This document shows positions 34,801 to 48,930 of a stretch of DNA of 55,109 nt, piece after piece. The notes under the pieces are model-generated. The model saw only the letters and a list, made by a program, of their open reading frames with translations. It did not search any database and had not been told where the DNA came from. The first letter of the stretch is position 1, and each line of letters starts with the position of its first letter. The position numbers and the translations under genes were made by a program. Source of the stretch: Basidiobolus meristosporus CBS 931.73 (taxonomy: Eukaryota > Fungi > Basidiobolomycota); NCBI GenBank assembly GCA_002104905.1, contig MCFE01000592.1, forward strand, positions 1 through 55,109. The letters are read 5' to 3'.

Positions 34801-36327
34801 TTAAGCATTGGAAGGACGTTGATTTGGGTATGAGCCCAACACAACGATATCCAAGCAGTAATTGCTGAGGTCGGCCAATGCCTTTTTCACTGAGTCGTCG
34901 TCCTTGTGACCTTCGAATTCCACGAAGAAAACGTAATGCCATGGTCGCTGATGGGATGGCCGGGAATCAATGTGGGTGAGATTAAGGCTATAGTCCTTGA
35001 AAACCTTGAGTCCATCGCACAGGGCACCAGGTTGCCTATGGTCCACGGTAAAGTAGAGCAGTGTTTTATCATCTCCAGTGGATTTGTCACAGTTCTTGCC
35101 AATGATAAAGAACCGAGTGTGATTGTCTAGATATAGAGGCTTAGAGGAGATCTCTATCGAGCAGATACTGTTGCACTTACTCCTCAAATCAGAGATATCT
35201 TGCTGAACAATTTGAAGGTTGTACAAGTCAGCACACACTGAGCTACAAACAGCAGCAGCATACATTTCACGGGATGCTAGCTCAGCGGCATGTGAGGTAG
35301 AGCTGACGTTAATACGCTCGACACCCGGTAAATTTTCGTCAAGCCACTTTTGGCATTGACCAAAGGCCTAAGCAAAAACTAGATTACGCACTGAAGCTTG
35401 CAGCACCACGCAGCTCGAATGCTTACCACTGGCTGGCTGTATATCTTTGTTATAGCGCCCTTCTGGAAGTTCGAGAGTAAACACTGCTGGATCTAATGGA
35501 TAATAGAGCAATCCGGTCAGGGAAGGGTGGACCGAGACATTCTAAGAGGATACAAACCGGTAGGTATGTCTCTGCTCGGATTTGAACTTTATCAGACCTG
35601 ATGAATCTATCAAGAGTCAACACGACCGACCCAAAGGTCGAGTTTTCAATAGGAATGATCCCGTAGGTGACTTGATCACCCTCAATCGCATCGAAAACGT
35701 CTAATAGGCACGTTAGGAGAACATCAATGATGCTTAAAAATAGACGATCCCATACCTGATATGTTATCGTATGGCTTGTAGGTAATGCTATCGCCAAAGC
35801 GTTTCACAGCAGCCTAGAGCTGATTTTAATCACCCCAGTTTGTGAACAACATTGTTTTTGGCTCCTACCTGATGGGTGAAAGAACCCGCTGGTCCGAGAT
35901 AAGCAATAGAGACATCCTTTTGGAGTGAAATGGAGGCTGACATGATTTCTCGGTAAATGGAGCACAAAGAGTCCCCTGAAAGAGGGCCTCTATTCATTTT
36001 CTTGAGCTAAAAGCAGTCAAAATCCCGTTAGAATATACTTTTTGGACTGTAACACAGTCCCATAAGTACCTTCTCGAATACGGCCTTTTCTTGTGCGGGA
36101 ATGTAGACATCCTTGGCTTGGACTTCAGAGCTTCCGAGCAAGACATACGATTTTTAGCGACTTAACGAAAGGGAAAGCTTATTGCCAGCGGGGTACCTTT
36201 CAGCTGCCTGAGCTCTCTTAGCGGCCCCGACCTCCAGCGATAAACTCGCTCGCTCATTCAGCAGATTGACCAACTTGCTATCAAGTGTGCCAATGTAGCC
36301 TCTTAGCCTTTCCAAATCTCTGCTCAT
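34801..36327 (-). CDS. pheA: Bifunctional chorismate mutase (AroQ)-prephenate dehydratase-ACT (bacterial PheA P-protein architecture), 8 exons
   Basis: MSRDLERLRGYIGTLDSKLVNLLNERA...IYREIMSASISLQKDVSIAYLGPAGSFTHQ, YGIIPIENSTFGSV, NHTRFFIIG and ACT domain PGALCDGLKVF...NLTHIDSRP...VLGSYP. Seven GT-AG introns. Confidence 0.9.
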
Positions 36328-39300
36328 AGTTGCTATGGCAAGGAAGATAAATTTTGTCCAGAAGCGGTTCTAAACGTGCTTTTTGTTGCGCGCATTTCTG
36401 AAAATCCCCAAAATGCATGATATATTATTAGTCATTCAGTGAAATATCGAATCATTCTTTGAACCATCACCAAAGGGATTGTCGTACCCTGCTATTGGTG
36501 TTGGCCTGGTCAGTCCAATGCATTAGAACATTGTATAATCTAGTGACTAGGTATGGCACCATATGCATCATTTATATACGGATTGGGCGGCCTACATAGG
36601 ATATAACCCATCAAATCGTCGTGATATGTTTAATTAGTATTTAACATTGGCCCACCGCCCGATCAAAAAGTGGCCACATGTGTATGGTCTATACACCCCA
36701 TTTCTCCCCGACCACCCTCAATAGAGCGTGTGTTCGCACGCCCGTTCAAAATTTAATGGTGAGTTCCAACCCAAGCTTCTAGACGAAAACGACGATCACC
36801 ACTTGAACCAAGAAACCTCGGCCCCTCGTAGCCTATAAAATGGGCGATGAATTGGTCCCTGATGGCGGAGCATGGCCGGATGTGTAGAGCCCAGCTTGTC
36901 ACTGCCGCATATACCTGGCGATAGCAACTCAGAGCCAATCAATCACCCGCGGAATATCGAAGACACCTTCCCCCTCAGTGCCAAATCCTTTGGAGACGTG
37001 GAGGGTATAGTGTGTAGGTATTAGGCATTTGGCATTTGGCTTTTCACCAAACGGAGCCATCCTCGTTCAATCGGTAGCCACAACCATACTTGGTTAAAAA
37101 TGCGTTCAAACGGGAGGGTGGCTCAGTGCAAACCAATGGTGCTGGTGTGGGGATATAGATGGATATATTATAATATTCGCTTTGCAATTACTGACCCCTG
37201 TATATGATGTATACCGGTGTTCTCTCTAGCTGCTCTCCAAATTTTCACCGAAAGCTGACTACGATTGGTGAGATGTCACCGCAAACGGAATGACAGTCTG
37301 TCAAACATCCAGTTTCGTACGATTGGTAGCTTCGATCGACTATGGACTTCGTTCAAAAAAGACTCCAATGGCCAATCATTGTGCAACACCGGGAAGATTC
37401 CTTGAATGTGGTCAGCAGTCACTAAAATGGCAAATTCCTTTTGAAGCTTTTGCTTCGAATACGCCATGCTGGCGAGAGCCTTCAGCACAGCATCAGTTGG
37501 GGATAATCCATATAGCCATGTTTGGATATAAATATGTGTACATTTACACGTTCTCGAAATTAAAAGTTCCCTCCACGTAAAGTTATGGCCACCGCCAAAT
37601 ACAGCCACAGTACCCTATATTTGGAGCAATTAAGTACTTGCCTGATGGCTTTGAAGGGCATCGTTTCTTTAGGTCCGGTGGGGAATAATTGCTCCACGCA
37701 AGGTGGAATCATGGCCTTGTGGAATGATTAATGGCAGGTTTAAGAGACAATGCTATCTGCCCAATACCAATGAAGATCCCGCAACGCTTCAAAGGATTAC
37801 ATCATCTCGAATCAAGGGGTATTGGCTCCGGATACCCTGATATGTCCATAAATAGCAAGACACCATGTTTCCTCAAGATTGAATCTCCTGGTTGGCAGAG
37901 TGGAGTCTACAATTGGTAGAACGCACAAGTTCAACTCATCAGTTAGCGCTTCACGGGGATGAAAAATTTTAGCAGTTGATGGGACTTGCTAGGGCCCCGT
38001 TATGCATTGGGTACTTGCAAATCGCGTGTGCGGTGTTTAGCCAGCATGATGTGCCTGTGACCCCAGCATGAACCCTTGGGTAACAAGATTCGTCCTACTG
38101 TTGTTCCATGGTCACTAATCCACAAATTCGTGGTGATGTAACGACCTGCGATACTAGCGGAAAGAGCCAATGGTATTCCCGATCACCAGAGCTCTGCATA
38201 GGGTTAGGGTTCCAGCTCCTCACTCTTAGTGTGAGCCAGTTCTAATGTGGGCCCTATTCAATTGCCCATTTCTTTGTGGCGTGGCGTGAAGACACAAACA
38301 ATTAGGCCGTTACCGGCGTCGAGTATATTGGTACGGTTACCTAGATTTCATTGTGGTTCAAATAAAACAGCTGCGGTGGTACTAATATCATGCGAGCCAT
38401 CCGATTTGAGAGAACCGTGAAGTTTTTGGCATCATGCCACGAGCTGGATCTCATGCGGTGAGATCCCACGGGATCGCTTGGGTGGGCTTTGCTTGTCCGT
38501 TATACCACCTAATAAAATAGAGAGCAGTCAAAATATCATGGCGATTATCTGGGTTGCCTCAAATGAATCTGGGCAATTCTACCTCTGCAGCCATTGAGCA
38601 TCCTCCGACCTGCCTCATCGTCGAGGGTATGTAGACCACATCACAATGTTCGCAACATCCCAGCGGTAGAGATATCTCGAACCCTCAACCAATCCACAGA
38701 GGCCAGTTCTTTAGCGTTTGAGTGGACTGTACTAATATGTCAATCAACCATCTTCGAGTCAGGGCTGAAGGTGGATTCATGACCGGCAGATCATTCGAAA
38801 TGTGCCACCGCTTCCCCGTATGATTTCGGCTAAGATTAGTGATTCACTGACATAATCAACACCCTCAATATGTTCATCACACAATTAGCCTTCGTAGCTC
38901 TTCGCCACTCCTTCTACGGCAATATATTCACTTACAGATATAGTCAGACCAACTGAGTTTTCTGGCGCAGAAATATCTTGCTTGTTATCTATTCGCGGCC
39001 GCCGGTAACTCAAGTACTGAGGGGTTTTCAGGCAGGTAGCATTGGCCACCCGCCATCTAGTATTCAAGGGATCTAAGGTTTATGTGTACAAATATGATGC
39101 TTTTGTAAAATTTCGGGGAGAAAGGGGTCCATATTAAGTTAAATATACTCTGTGATAGTATATTTAGCCAGTGCCTCGCCCCACCTCCCGAGACTTGCTA
39201 ATTTCAGACATCACCAATACGTATTTCATATAAATAGTGAGGCGAGGTCCATGGGATCGCTAAGTCTTTGATTTCACCAACACACACTCCTATTGAATTA

Positions 39301-39390
39301 TTTAATTTTATTTTGATATTGTCCTTTAATTTAACCTTCTCATTCCAGCTTCGTCTTAATCGTTTTTAAAAGTTTCTTGAAAAAATCATA

Positions 39391-40447
39391 ATGTTTTCCG
39401 TTCCCGTAGTTGATATCATCTTCGACCAAGAAGTAGTCATTGCTCGCGGCTCTGCCTCCGAGTCACAAGGGTACTTTGTCGAAGGAGTTGTTGACTTGAA
39501 GCTTCAGGAGCCGACCAAGGTTAATGATATTGTTCTTAAGCTAGTTGGAACCATAAGTTTATTCACCGCCACCAAAGGTAATTACTATACAGTTCTAATG
39601 GTGCGTTTCTTATGCTAAAGATGTTTACTATCATTCAGGTTGGCTTCATAAAACAATTGTAAAACAAAAATGGTCCTTAATGGACCGGTCAAGTGGTGGG
39701 AAAGCGCTGGCTGCCGACACCTATCAATATCGGTTCAATGTATTCCTTCCTGGCAGTCTACCAGAAAGCGTCATCTTGGAATTGGGCGAAATCAACTACA
39801 GGTTAACCGCTCAGGTGAAGAGGCCGGCTTTCGCAAGAGACGTAAGCGCAAGCAGACTTGTAACTCTGCGCAGGGACTCTCTTCTCTATCTTGAGCCCCA
39901 GGAGACATTGTTTGCTAATGATCAAGAGATCAAATTACCTATTCAGGACTCCATCCGTTTACCTACTCGAACCGTTCTTCAGGGGGACTCGATTCCTCTT
40001 CAAATCTTGTTTTGTCATCTTATCGGTCATCAAATTGAGAAGGTATCGATATCCATTATGGAGCACGTGAGATATCAGAGTAATATCTCTGCATATCAAA
40101 CCACCAAGCAAATAGCCAAATTTAAACTCGACATCCAATTGGAGGATTTATCTCAAGAGAAGCTATTGATGCTGGATCTGAGCAGTTGCGAAGTGCGGTT
40201 CAGTTGCAACACAAGCTTTATTCAGGTGGAGCATTACCTCCAAGTCGAGTTTAGTTCGTGCGAATGCCCTGACACTGATGACCTCGGCCCCATGGCCATG
40301 AGGATTCCCATTTGGTTTGCGCCGAAAGAGCTCCAGACTGCTTATGACGAGCTTCCTCCGTATTCCGGTCAATTGAGCGGTCCAGAGAACGGAAGCTTGC
40401 CTTCCTATGAGCTGATTGCACAAATCCCATCCCCGATCGTGGCTTGA
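39391..40447 (+). CDS. Alpha-arrestin (ART-type ubiquitin ligase adaptor), 2 exons
   Basis: GVVDLKLQEPTKVNDIVLKLVG, YRFNVFLPGSLPES..GEINYRLTAQVKRP, and C-terminal PY motifs LPPY and LPSY. Intron 39578-39638. Confidence 0.85.
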
Positions 40448-40855
40448 TGGGGGGGGGTTGCAACTCACATGTAATATTCCATATTTTCGGTTTACTTGTA
40501 AAAATGTCAAAGCAGCAAAGCGATCGCCCATACACCTGCTCGAGGATGTGACGGAGAGGTATAGGGTGAATGCTTTCTTTCTTGTATCTTAATTCTTTTC
40601 TGCATATTTGGTTGGCGTACTTGCATTTCTTTGGAACCATTCTCCCGATTTGTAAGATATTATGTTTGGATTCTGCTTTTTGTTCTGTTTATTTTGAGCT
40701 CTTCTATTGTTCATTCCTTGGCCCTTCTGCATGATTTAACTAAAACCCACAAAAATTCGCTCAAACAACCTAATACAAAACTTAACCCTGATTTGTCGTT
40801 GCAGTTCAGTATCAGTAATCGGCTGATGCGAAAGATTGCTTTTTGTATCTTCGTA

Positions 40856-43171
<2,316 letters not shown>

Positions 43172-43317
43172 GGATTTCTCGTGAAGGTTATGTTGTTTAT
43201 CACTTGTACATATCCAATGCTACTTTAAGGATTTTTTGTCCAATTCACGTGATCTCGCGGTGAATGAAAGTCACATTTCTTGGATTTGCTTCAGGATTTT
43301 ACAGTAAAAATAACAGA

Positions 43318-46300
43318 ATGCTCCAAGCAAACATTAAAACCTCATTCTACCAACATTTCAATCCAACTCTAGACCACAAAATGGTTGGTGAAGCAAAGGT
43401 AAACTTGATAAGTAGCCATCGATACAAGTCACAGAGCTAACGTAAGATTTTCTAATAGGCCGGGCGTGTCAAGCCTGAAGGACATTGAAGAGTCTAGGTA
43501 GCTATGCTACATTGGCTGCTATATACTCGCTTTATCCGTGAAATATAGGATTGGGACCCTTGATCTGGTTAGAAGCCTGCCTTCACAAAGGATTACGCCG
43601 TAAGGATTCTACTGGGAATCTTTAGCAAAAGTCACGGATCGTTTAGTACACTAGGGTCAATCTAAATATCGGTGCTTGGCTGCAGCATCCCCAAAATAAC
43701 CGTAGTTTAAGGAATTAGAAAGCTTGGCGGGGTTAACCCAGCTTTACACTCGTCCAAGAAACAATGGCCCTAGGCCATACAATTCGAGTCACGCCTTAAA
43801 CAGATTGATATCAAGCCCAATCTAGGATTGTATACTAGCCGCCATTGGCCTATAACCATCACCAGCGATAGTGGCTTGATTTATATTGAACAGCCCCCTG
43901 TGTGAAGCGATCCATTGTGGATGATCCCGTGAACCGGATAATTCAGGATGCATCCTTAATTGAAAGCTGTCTCTCATATGACATGATTGTTATTTTCCCG
44001 GTCAACCAATGCGCTTGACCCAAGTTGTTCGCTTGAAACATGGTCATTAGCAGCTGGTCATATTGATTAGTACCTGCTTGAGAAGAAAACGAGAAACTCA
44101 AACCACCAACCTCCACTAGTTATTCCAAAATTTGGAACTCAGTTACAACTCGCCTCACGTCTTGCCACGTACGACTCTGAGCTCGAGGGTACTACTTCGA
44201 TAGCATCATCAATTCGTGCGGTGTGAAAATGCACTTGGACATGTGAGCACTGTGGACTTGACGGAGGCTTGTGTGCATCTAGGCCCGCAAGGCTCAAGTG
44301 CACCGGCCAAGTACGAAGCAAATTCATCTCTAGAAAACCTCTGCGGCCCAACTGATGCATGCCTGGGACATGACAGCTTGCTTCTCAATGGATCCTATCG
44401 ATGAAGAGGTGGGCCAAGTAGCGCAAGCCGTCTGATGTATTCTTTGCAGTAAGGCTCAATCAGCGCCACAACAGCATTCCTTTTGCTACAACACCCAGTA
44501 CTAAAATCAGAGTAGCCCCTAACTTCATCGGAGATGATTGGTCGGGGAGATATCAATTCTCAAATAAGTCCTAGATTGGATAATTAGTGGATTTGGGTTC
44601 CCTCAAAAATGTAACCCAGGCGAATTAAACAAGTCTTGCTGGACACGCATATAGAAATAGTCTTATTAATGTGTTGATAAAGAATTATATATCGCTATTT
44701 ATGACATCATGTATGGTATATCTTTGTAGCAGGCCCTCTGCATTTCTCCATACTGACCGACTTGGTTTGTCGTTTTTACAAGCACATCAGTTCTTCTGGT
44801 GGTTCATTTCACTCACCTTGCTTGTCTAAGCACCGCTTTGAGCCGAACTTAGCTTTCAGGTTCTTGGCAACCTTCGCTGTCCCTACTTACACCCCTTTCC
44901 TATCTGCTTAGCCACCATAGCCTACTCGGTGGCACTCAAGCATCCCTCTTTCAGGTCTCAGTACAGCATATCAGAGCCTATCCGAGATTTGTATAGCCAA
45001 ATAGTTTAGCATTTGTCTGTTTCTCCTAAAAGTGAGGTTCTTATGATATTGCTTGACGTGTTGACTTAACCTTTTATACCTGACATAACATAGAATAGAG
45101 TATAAAATCATCCGCCTTTCACATTGAACCAGCTTTTGATACCATGTGGGTTAGACCTGGCCTAGTCGGCTCGAGCTTAGGTCGTAAGAATCTGAGGACC
45201 TCGACAAACTTCGTTCTCCAAGCTATTGATCCTCAGCGCAACACTAAGGCGCCGTATTTTTATCGGATCATCACCAAAAATTTCCCGCATTACAAAGGTA
45301 CCTTCAAGGAGTAATTTCTCAGCGTCATGTATCTAGCCAACCAGTTACTCACAAGTCACTGAAAAGTTGCTGAAGGTGATAATTATGAGGAGATGCAAGA
45401 AAACTTCACCTATCTCAATGAAATTCTCCTGCCGTCGATCGCCGAGAAGAAAACGTCAAAAAATATTGCGAAATGGTTGAGAGTTTGGTACGAGGAGAAT
45501 TATGTAAGTGCAGAGGGGGAATTCTAGTACAAATACCATATCTTTGCTAACCCAATCCTCCGCACTAGTCTATCTTGGCCACTAATGGTAATCGTGACTC
45601 GCTAGTTGGCGGTGACTCCACCGAGGATGAGTCGTCGGATATCTCACAGCACTCCAATCCTGGAGAGCCTGTGCTTGATCGTGCCAATCCGATTTTCACT
45701 TCAGAGCCAGTACCGAGTTGTTTAACGACCGAAGCCCAAATTGCCGATCCGGTGAACACCCGGAGGCCATCAATCACCGCTCCTGAATCGTTGGAAAGCC
45801 CAATCGATGGTGAGGGCGATACCTCTTTGCTTCAAATCCAGGCTCAAGAAAATGACCCACCGGCCAACGAGCAAGCCAATGACGAAAGGCTTGGTCCAGA
45901 CAACCCGGAATCCGTACACTCCGAGAGCTTGAGCTCTGAATCGACCCACTCCGAAAACAAGCTAACGGAGGATTTGGAGCCTAGTGTACATGACAATTGG
46001 TGGTCATCGCAGGGGTTGGGTGTGCTGAGCAATTGGTTTGATAGCCCTGCCGCTGTCAAAAAGAATAACCAGAATATCGGCATCTGGGAGATTCCCATCC
46101 AATTGATCGCCCTACTAACGTACCCAGTAACGGACGCCCACCCAGGGAAGAATCCAAGCTATGCAGGTAGGTAGAAAGCATGACATTCTCGAACTCTCCA
46201 GTAATTCACGTGTTATGCAGAGCTTCGAGCAATCTCGCAGGTAACCCAAAGGCGCAAAATCCTACTGTTCCTAACGCTCTACGTATTCGTCATCCGCTAT

Positions 46301-46867
46301 GCCTCGTTTGATTTGTTTCTTCTCCTACTGTGTGCTACCCAATGCGCCATGCTTTTTCTGATGAAGAACTCGGCCAAAGTAAACATGCAAATGGCCAAAA
46401 GGTGATGCTCATATCCTCTTTTATTGACTAGACCTTCCAAGCATTAAATGGCTCTCTTTTGTTACAGGACTGTTCGACAGCGGGTGAATTGGGCAAAGCA
46501 ATGGGCCGGGGGCTTTTTCCGCAAAAGTTCGCCCCCAAATCAAGCACCAACTCAACCCCGTCCTTCTAACATTGTATTATATCCAAACAAGCAATCCCCA
46601 ACTGGGTCTCCGACCGAAAGTCCAAGCGCCAGCCAGCCCGATCCTCAGATGAAGTCCCAAAAACGCTTCTTTTCGCGGACCAGAAACAATACTGCTCCAG
46701 ATTTGAGCACTAATTTTGTGGCAAACGAAAACTCCTCGCCAGCTCCAACAGCCAAGCAAAGGCGCAGGTTTTTCTCTAAGTCCAAGGGATTCAATTCGAA
46801 CCTTCCGCCTACCATTGAGGCCTCTGATATAGAGCCGGATGGCCGAAAGTCTCTTGAAAGTCCTTGA
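43318..46867 (+). CDS. Uncharacterised large multi-exon protein with a C-terminal hydrophobic segment; start uncertain (ATG 43264 or 43318) and possibly two genes
   Basis: Hand-spliced blocks: RIGTLDLVRSLPSQRITPVNLNIGAWLQHP, IDPQRNTKAPYFYRIITKNFPHYKVAEGDNYEEMQENFTYLNE, track ORF 45575-46174, RRKILLFLTLYVFVIRYASFDLFLLLLCATQCAMLFLMKNS and track ORF 46448-46867. Some middle exons are unresolved. Confidence 0.6.
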
Positions 46868-47463
46868 ATACCTGTTGGTTGCACTTCAACAAAATCCTGT
46901 ATCTGATGCATATATTCTTCCCACCTACCATCTCATATATATTTTTTATTTTATGCAAGGCAGCTACTGTAGTCAATAAACAAATTACATGTATGTAGGC
47001 CTTGCAGCTTTATTTAGATATGATTTTGTGCTCAGAATGCGTGCTCAAATGTCCAGGAGGAATATTAATTCTATTTTACCCCTAACAGCAACATACTATT
47101 TGGTGCGATCATTGTTAAATCGATGCTATTGCAATTTAGGCGGGGGTGGCATGGCTACCCTACCATCAGATCTTGCTATTCTAAAATGCTTGTATAAATC
47201 GTGAGGAATTAGCACAGATTTAGATGAGGGTAAGCCGCAGAAATGATGAAATTTGTTGGGTGATTAGTTTGGCACCTGATAATTGATATAACTTGATACT
47301 TTGTTGTGATTGTAATGTTTGTCTCTGTAGAACAAATTTTGTATAATACTCACATCTTAAACATAGTAGTAATACCAAAAGTTATCACTAATTGCAAACA
47401 AGCATAAACAGTCCCAAGCATTGTACAAAACCTCCCAAGTTCTCCCTCCCTATGAAAAATCAC

Positions 47464-47755
47464 AAAGTTGGAATTCATTGGATTTTTGGCTGGTATTCAG
47501 CTGGTATTCTGATGGAATTTTGCTGGCATTTTGTTGGTATTCAGCTGGTGCTTCAGCCTCAAGTTCTCAGTTGCAATTTTGGGTGGAGGTAATGAGCAGC
47601 TGATTACCAAACTTGATATGAATGCTAGTAGGCCTATTTTCCCCTGGAAAGAATGACTGCTTGTCTGCTGTGAAGCTAGTACCTGAGATATTGAGAGTTG
47701 TCACTTTTGGGAAAGTTGGAATTCAGCTGATATTATGATGGCATTCTGCTGGCCT
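47464..47755. repeat. Degenerate short-period repeats (AAAGTTGGAATTCA x2, TGGTATTCAGCTGG x2 and variants), possibly decayed subterminal repeats of the adjacent DNA transposon
   Basis: Exact 14-mers at 47464/47712 and at 47491/47535, within a CpG-free zone. Confidence 0.4.
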
Positions 47756-47779
47756 TTTCCTAATTTATTCTCTTAGGGT

Positions 47780-48560
47780 TAACCAAGTTATTCCCCATAT
47801 ATGTTGACAGTTGCATGGCATTCACATCAGAAAATGCCACCATTACAAGGTGTACAACTTGTCATGAATCTACCACCATAGGAGGAAAACATTGCTAACA
47901 CTCCAGATACATTCCAGTAATACCCTGTCTACAGAAGCTCATGCAATCCAGCAAATATTGCAAACTACATAGTACTGCACCCAGTAACAATCAGGTGCAA
48001 AATCTTGCAATATAGTTGATGGCAAACATTATAAACAATTAAGAAGCAAGGGCTACTCTGAAGGTATGTATGACCATGTGTTTGCCTTGGCACTTGATGG
48101 ATTTTCATTAAACAAGTACTCTACCAGCAAATCCTACTGGCCAATGATTCTGATTAACCTGAATCAGCCACCAATCTTATGATATTGGAGCAGAAATCTG
48201 ATGATATATCACTGATATTTGGGCCTATATGACCATCCAACCTGGATAGTTACCTGTATCCACTGCTGGATGAGTTTTGTATGCTTTCTAGTGGGATATT
48301 AGTGAATTGCCATCATATCAATGCACAAAATACTATCTGGATCAGAGATAACCCAGCCATAAGCAGGATAGCTGGCTTTTCTGGGCACAATGGATGGTGT
48401 TGCTGTCAAATTTGTTACTATCTAAAAAAACAACAACAGGAATATTGTCTTCTCACAGAGAGAATGTTCAGAAGTCAGCATGCAATTGCAGGAAAGTTGG
48501 CAAGCTATGTGCCATTGGGCACATTATGGAATTAACTGGAAACCAGAGATACCTAAGATT
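47780..48560 (+). mobile_element. Decayed CACTA/En-Spm (Tnp2-type) transposase remnant
   Basis: Translated motifs in order: DSCMAF...CTTCHE, YIPVIPCLQKL, IVDGKHYKQL..KGY..GMYDHVFALALDGF, YWPMILINLNQPP, GPI*PSNLDSYLYPLLDEF and DNPAISRIAGFSGHNG..CCQIC. Stops and frameshifts are present. Confidence 0.8.
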
Positions 48561-48572
48561 GAGGGTATATAC

Positions 48573-48921
48573 TGTTGTAAGAGTCTTGGAGATATTGGAA
48601 GTGATTGGGAGAACAAGTAGATTATGTGGTTTTCACTTAGTGATTTATTGAATGTAAAAGTAGTATTTATACTTTTACATGATCTTGGCATTACAAACAC
48701 GTAGAATAGGTTAAGGAAGGTCCCAAGAACATGTATGCAAAGTTTGGGGCTGTTTGGTCAACTTTGAGAATTTTCGTGTTCTGGGTACCTGGTATTTTGG
48801 TGAAAATATTCTAAGTAAATCCCGACAAGGAATTTAGTCAGTATTCTCTAGGATTTGAAGGTGATGATCTAAGTGACTAAGTTAGGTGAATATTTAGGTG
48901 GAATTACAAATTTTTACAACA
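48573..48921 (-). repeat. 3' LTR of copy B, 349 bp, TGTTGTAA...TTACAACA termini
   Basis: 8-bp terminal inverted repeats; about 98% identical in reverse complement to 52415-52760; immediately follows the PPT. Confidence 0.93.
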
Positions 48922-48930
48922 CTCCCACTC
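48922..48930 (-). other. Polypurine tract (GAGTGGGAG on minus strand) of copy B
   Basis: Located between the RNase H stop (48933) and the LTR start. Confidence 0.75.

Noticed and set aside
47386-47390. CACTA pentamer as the terminal inverted repeat of the transposon
   Set aside because: A 5-mer is expected by chance, no partner end is visible, and the CpG-free zone starts about 150 bp earlier.
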